The notes under the pieces: model-generated | The model's database searches: none | What the model was told of the DNA's origin: nothing | What the model saw: the letters and a program-made list of their open reading frames with translations, nothing else | Translations under genes and position numbers: made by a program | In this document: in pieces, positions 61,841-64,000 of the stretch | Numbering within the stretch: the first letter of the stretch is position 1 | Layout of the letters: each line of letters opens with the position of its first letter | Source: Vicugna vicugna | Lineage: Eukaryota | Direction of reading: 5' to 3' | Assembly (NCBI GenBank): GCA_013265495.1 | Contig: MU058650.1 | Location: 27,394-91,393, forward strand | Length of the DNA: 64,000 nt

Positions 61841-62799
61841 TAAAAAAGCCTAGGAATCCATGTCCCTGCCTCTTTGAGACATTAAGATGCAAGAAAGAGA
61901 ACCCAAGTTGTTACAAGAAGAAAAAAAAAAAAAGATGAAATGTGTATTCCTGTGGCGAGAATATTAAAGCATACTTACTTCGCACCCTCCTTCTCAGTGT
62001 CCCCACTCTCCATCTAAATCTTCTTAGGGGTAGTTATCCTTCCTCTGTATTTTGGGTGGAAACTCAAGGTGTCCAGGGACTTTTCTGATCACTCTTATCT
62101 TACTTAAGTCACTACCAAAGCTTTATCACAGAACGTGATTTTAATTTAGAAATTAGGACTTCAACAATATCCACATTTCAACCTTCATTCAAAGGTAAGA
62201 CCTCACCAGGCTTCCCCAGGTGCAGACAGTCTCCCTGACTTCAGAGGAGCCTTCTGGGAGGAGCAGGGCAGTTTTATCTCTATGTCTCACCTCTGGCTCT
62301 GACTGTCTCATGGATACATCCCCAGGTTCCCAGATTCTGGACCCTCCTAACTGGAGTTCCTTTGATGTAGCTGGTCCTCTCCAACAGCTGGTCACTCCTT
62401 CACCCACTCAGCATTGAAAAAGCCCATAGTTTTTGAGGACCCTTTTCCCTGGCAGCCACACTTATAAAATATAACCTTTTAAACAGACATCAGGCTTCAA
62501 ATTCCCATTGCTATTTCCAGACCTGCTCTCTGGAACATGCATGCTTTTGACGCACAATCACAGGAGAATTCAGTTAACACTGCAGATGTAGGACCTTCTC
62601 TAGGACATCTGTTACTTAGCTGCTGAGGGCAGGCAACAGATGAACACCAAACCCCTGCATCTGCCAATTGCAGGGAACACTTGTCAAGATTTTCAAATGT
62701 ACCTGATGATATGTCCATCATATGGCCAGGCTTGAACTGAACAGCAATGCTCCTTCCACATTTCATAGCTCTCTCACCTAGTCACCTTCCAAGATGTTC

Positions 62800-63745
62800 T
62801 TTTTAATTTTTTACTGAGGTGTAGTTGATTTATAGTTGATTTTCAGGTGCATAACATAGTGATTCAGTTTGTAATGAATATACTCCATCTCTGGTTATTA
62901 TAAATATTGGCTATATGTCCTGTGCTATACAGTGCATCCTTATAGCTTGTTTGTTTATATAAATCATTTAGCCCTATGTATATAAACCACTTAGCCTTCT
63001 CTTGCCCCTCCCCTTCCCTGGTCCCCACTGGTAAGCACTAGTTTGTTCTCTCTATCTGTGAGTCTATTTCTTTTAGTTAAATTCAGTAGTTTTAATTTTT
63101 AGACTCCATGTATAAGTGATAACCATACAGTTTTTGTCTTTCTCTCTTATTTCAATATGCTTAATACCCATCCATGTTGCTACAAATGGCAAAATTTCAT
63201 TTGTTTTTATGGCTGAGCCATATTCTATAGTATATACACCACATCTTCTTTATCCATTGATCTGTTGATAGACACTTAGGTTGCTTCCAAATCTTGGCAA
63301 CTGTAAACAATGCAGCTATGAATATTGGGGTGCATGTATCTTTTTGAATTAGTGTTTTTATCTTTTCAGATGTATACCCAGGAGTGGAATTGACAGGTCA
63401 TATGGCAGTTCTATTTAGTATTTTTTAGAAACCTCTACACTGACCATACCACTCAAGGAAATCTACAGATTCAGTGGAATCTGTATCAAAATACAAATGG
63501 CATTTTTCATGGAACAAGAACAAATAATTTTAAAAAACTGTATGAAAACACAAAAGACTCTGAATAGCCAAAACAATCTTAAGAAAGAACAGAAATAAAG
63601 GTATAACCCTCCTTGACTTCAAACTATACTGCAAAGCTACTGTAATCAAAAATGGTATGGTACTGGCATGAAAACAAAAATATGGATCAATGGAACAGAA
63701 TAGAGAGGCCAGAAATAAACCCACACACTTATTGTCAGTTATTTA
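62800..63745 (-). mobile_element. L1 3' end with an inverted ORF2 piece (switch at ~63440)
   Basis: Antisense 3'UTR to ~63440, then sense ORF2 (AATCTACAGATTCA..GACTTCAAACTATACTGCAAAGCTAC..). Confidence 0.8.
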
Positions 63746-64000
63746 GAATGCTCTGGCACATGGCACTCCTAAAATAGCCTTTTATCATAATTTTGTGTCA
63801 TCCTTTCTCTCAACCGGGAGAGGAAAGAGAGGAGGAATTGCCTGTTGTATTAAAACAAAATTTAACTCTAAGGAAAGAAGGAGAAAAGGCGATATTCTAG
63901 GATTTATTATAGAGTCAAGTGGACTATAGGGCTTGGTGTTTCCCCTTGAAGGGAGATCTAGGGCCACATCAAACTGAACAAAGACATAGATTCCTGCAGT

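Overview
Mammalian genomic DNA, most likely camelid (inferred from a Vic-1-like tRNA-derived SINE and the style of the young L1 tails). I found no intact protein-coding gene. From left to right: (1) a CpG-island promoter of an unidentified gene (1-1020); (2) old L1 debris; (3) a GC-rich block (~3750-8780) carrying an intron-containing DUXC-like double-homeobox pseudogene, of which only homeodomain 2 and the DUX4/DUXC-type acidic C-terminus are recognisable; (4) AT-rich, repeat-poor sequence with enhancer-like motif clusters (10.2-14.5 kb); (5) a head-to-head L1 pair (19.4-25.1 kb); (6) assorted L2, MIR, MaLR and hAT elements and an assembly gap; (7) a decayed gamma-like ERV provirus (39002-51534, minus strand, GTAG target-site duplication, tRNA-Pro-like PBS) with five nested insertions; (8) further L1 and LTR copies. 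The most unusual observations are the orphan DUXC-like remnant and two short templated insertions flanked by direct repeats. One of these copies 46 bp from ~20 kb away into the DUXC stop-codon region. Repeat family names come from visual recognition, not a database search, and many repeat boundaries are approximate.
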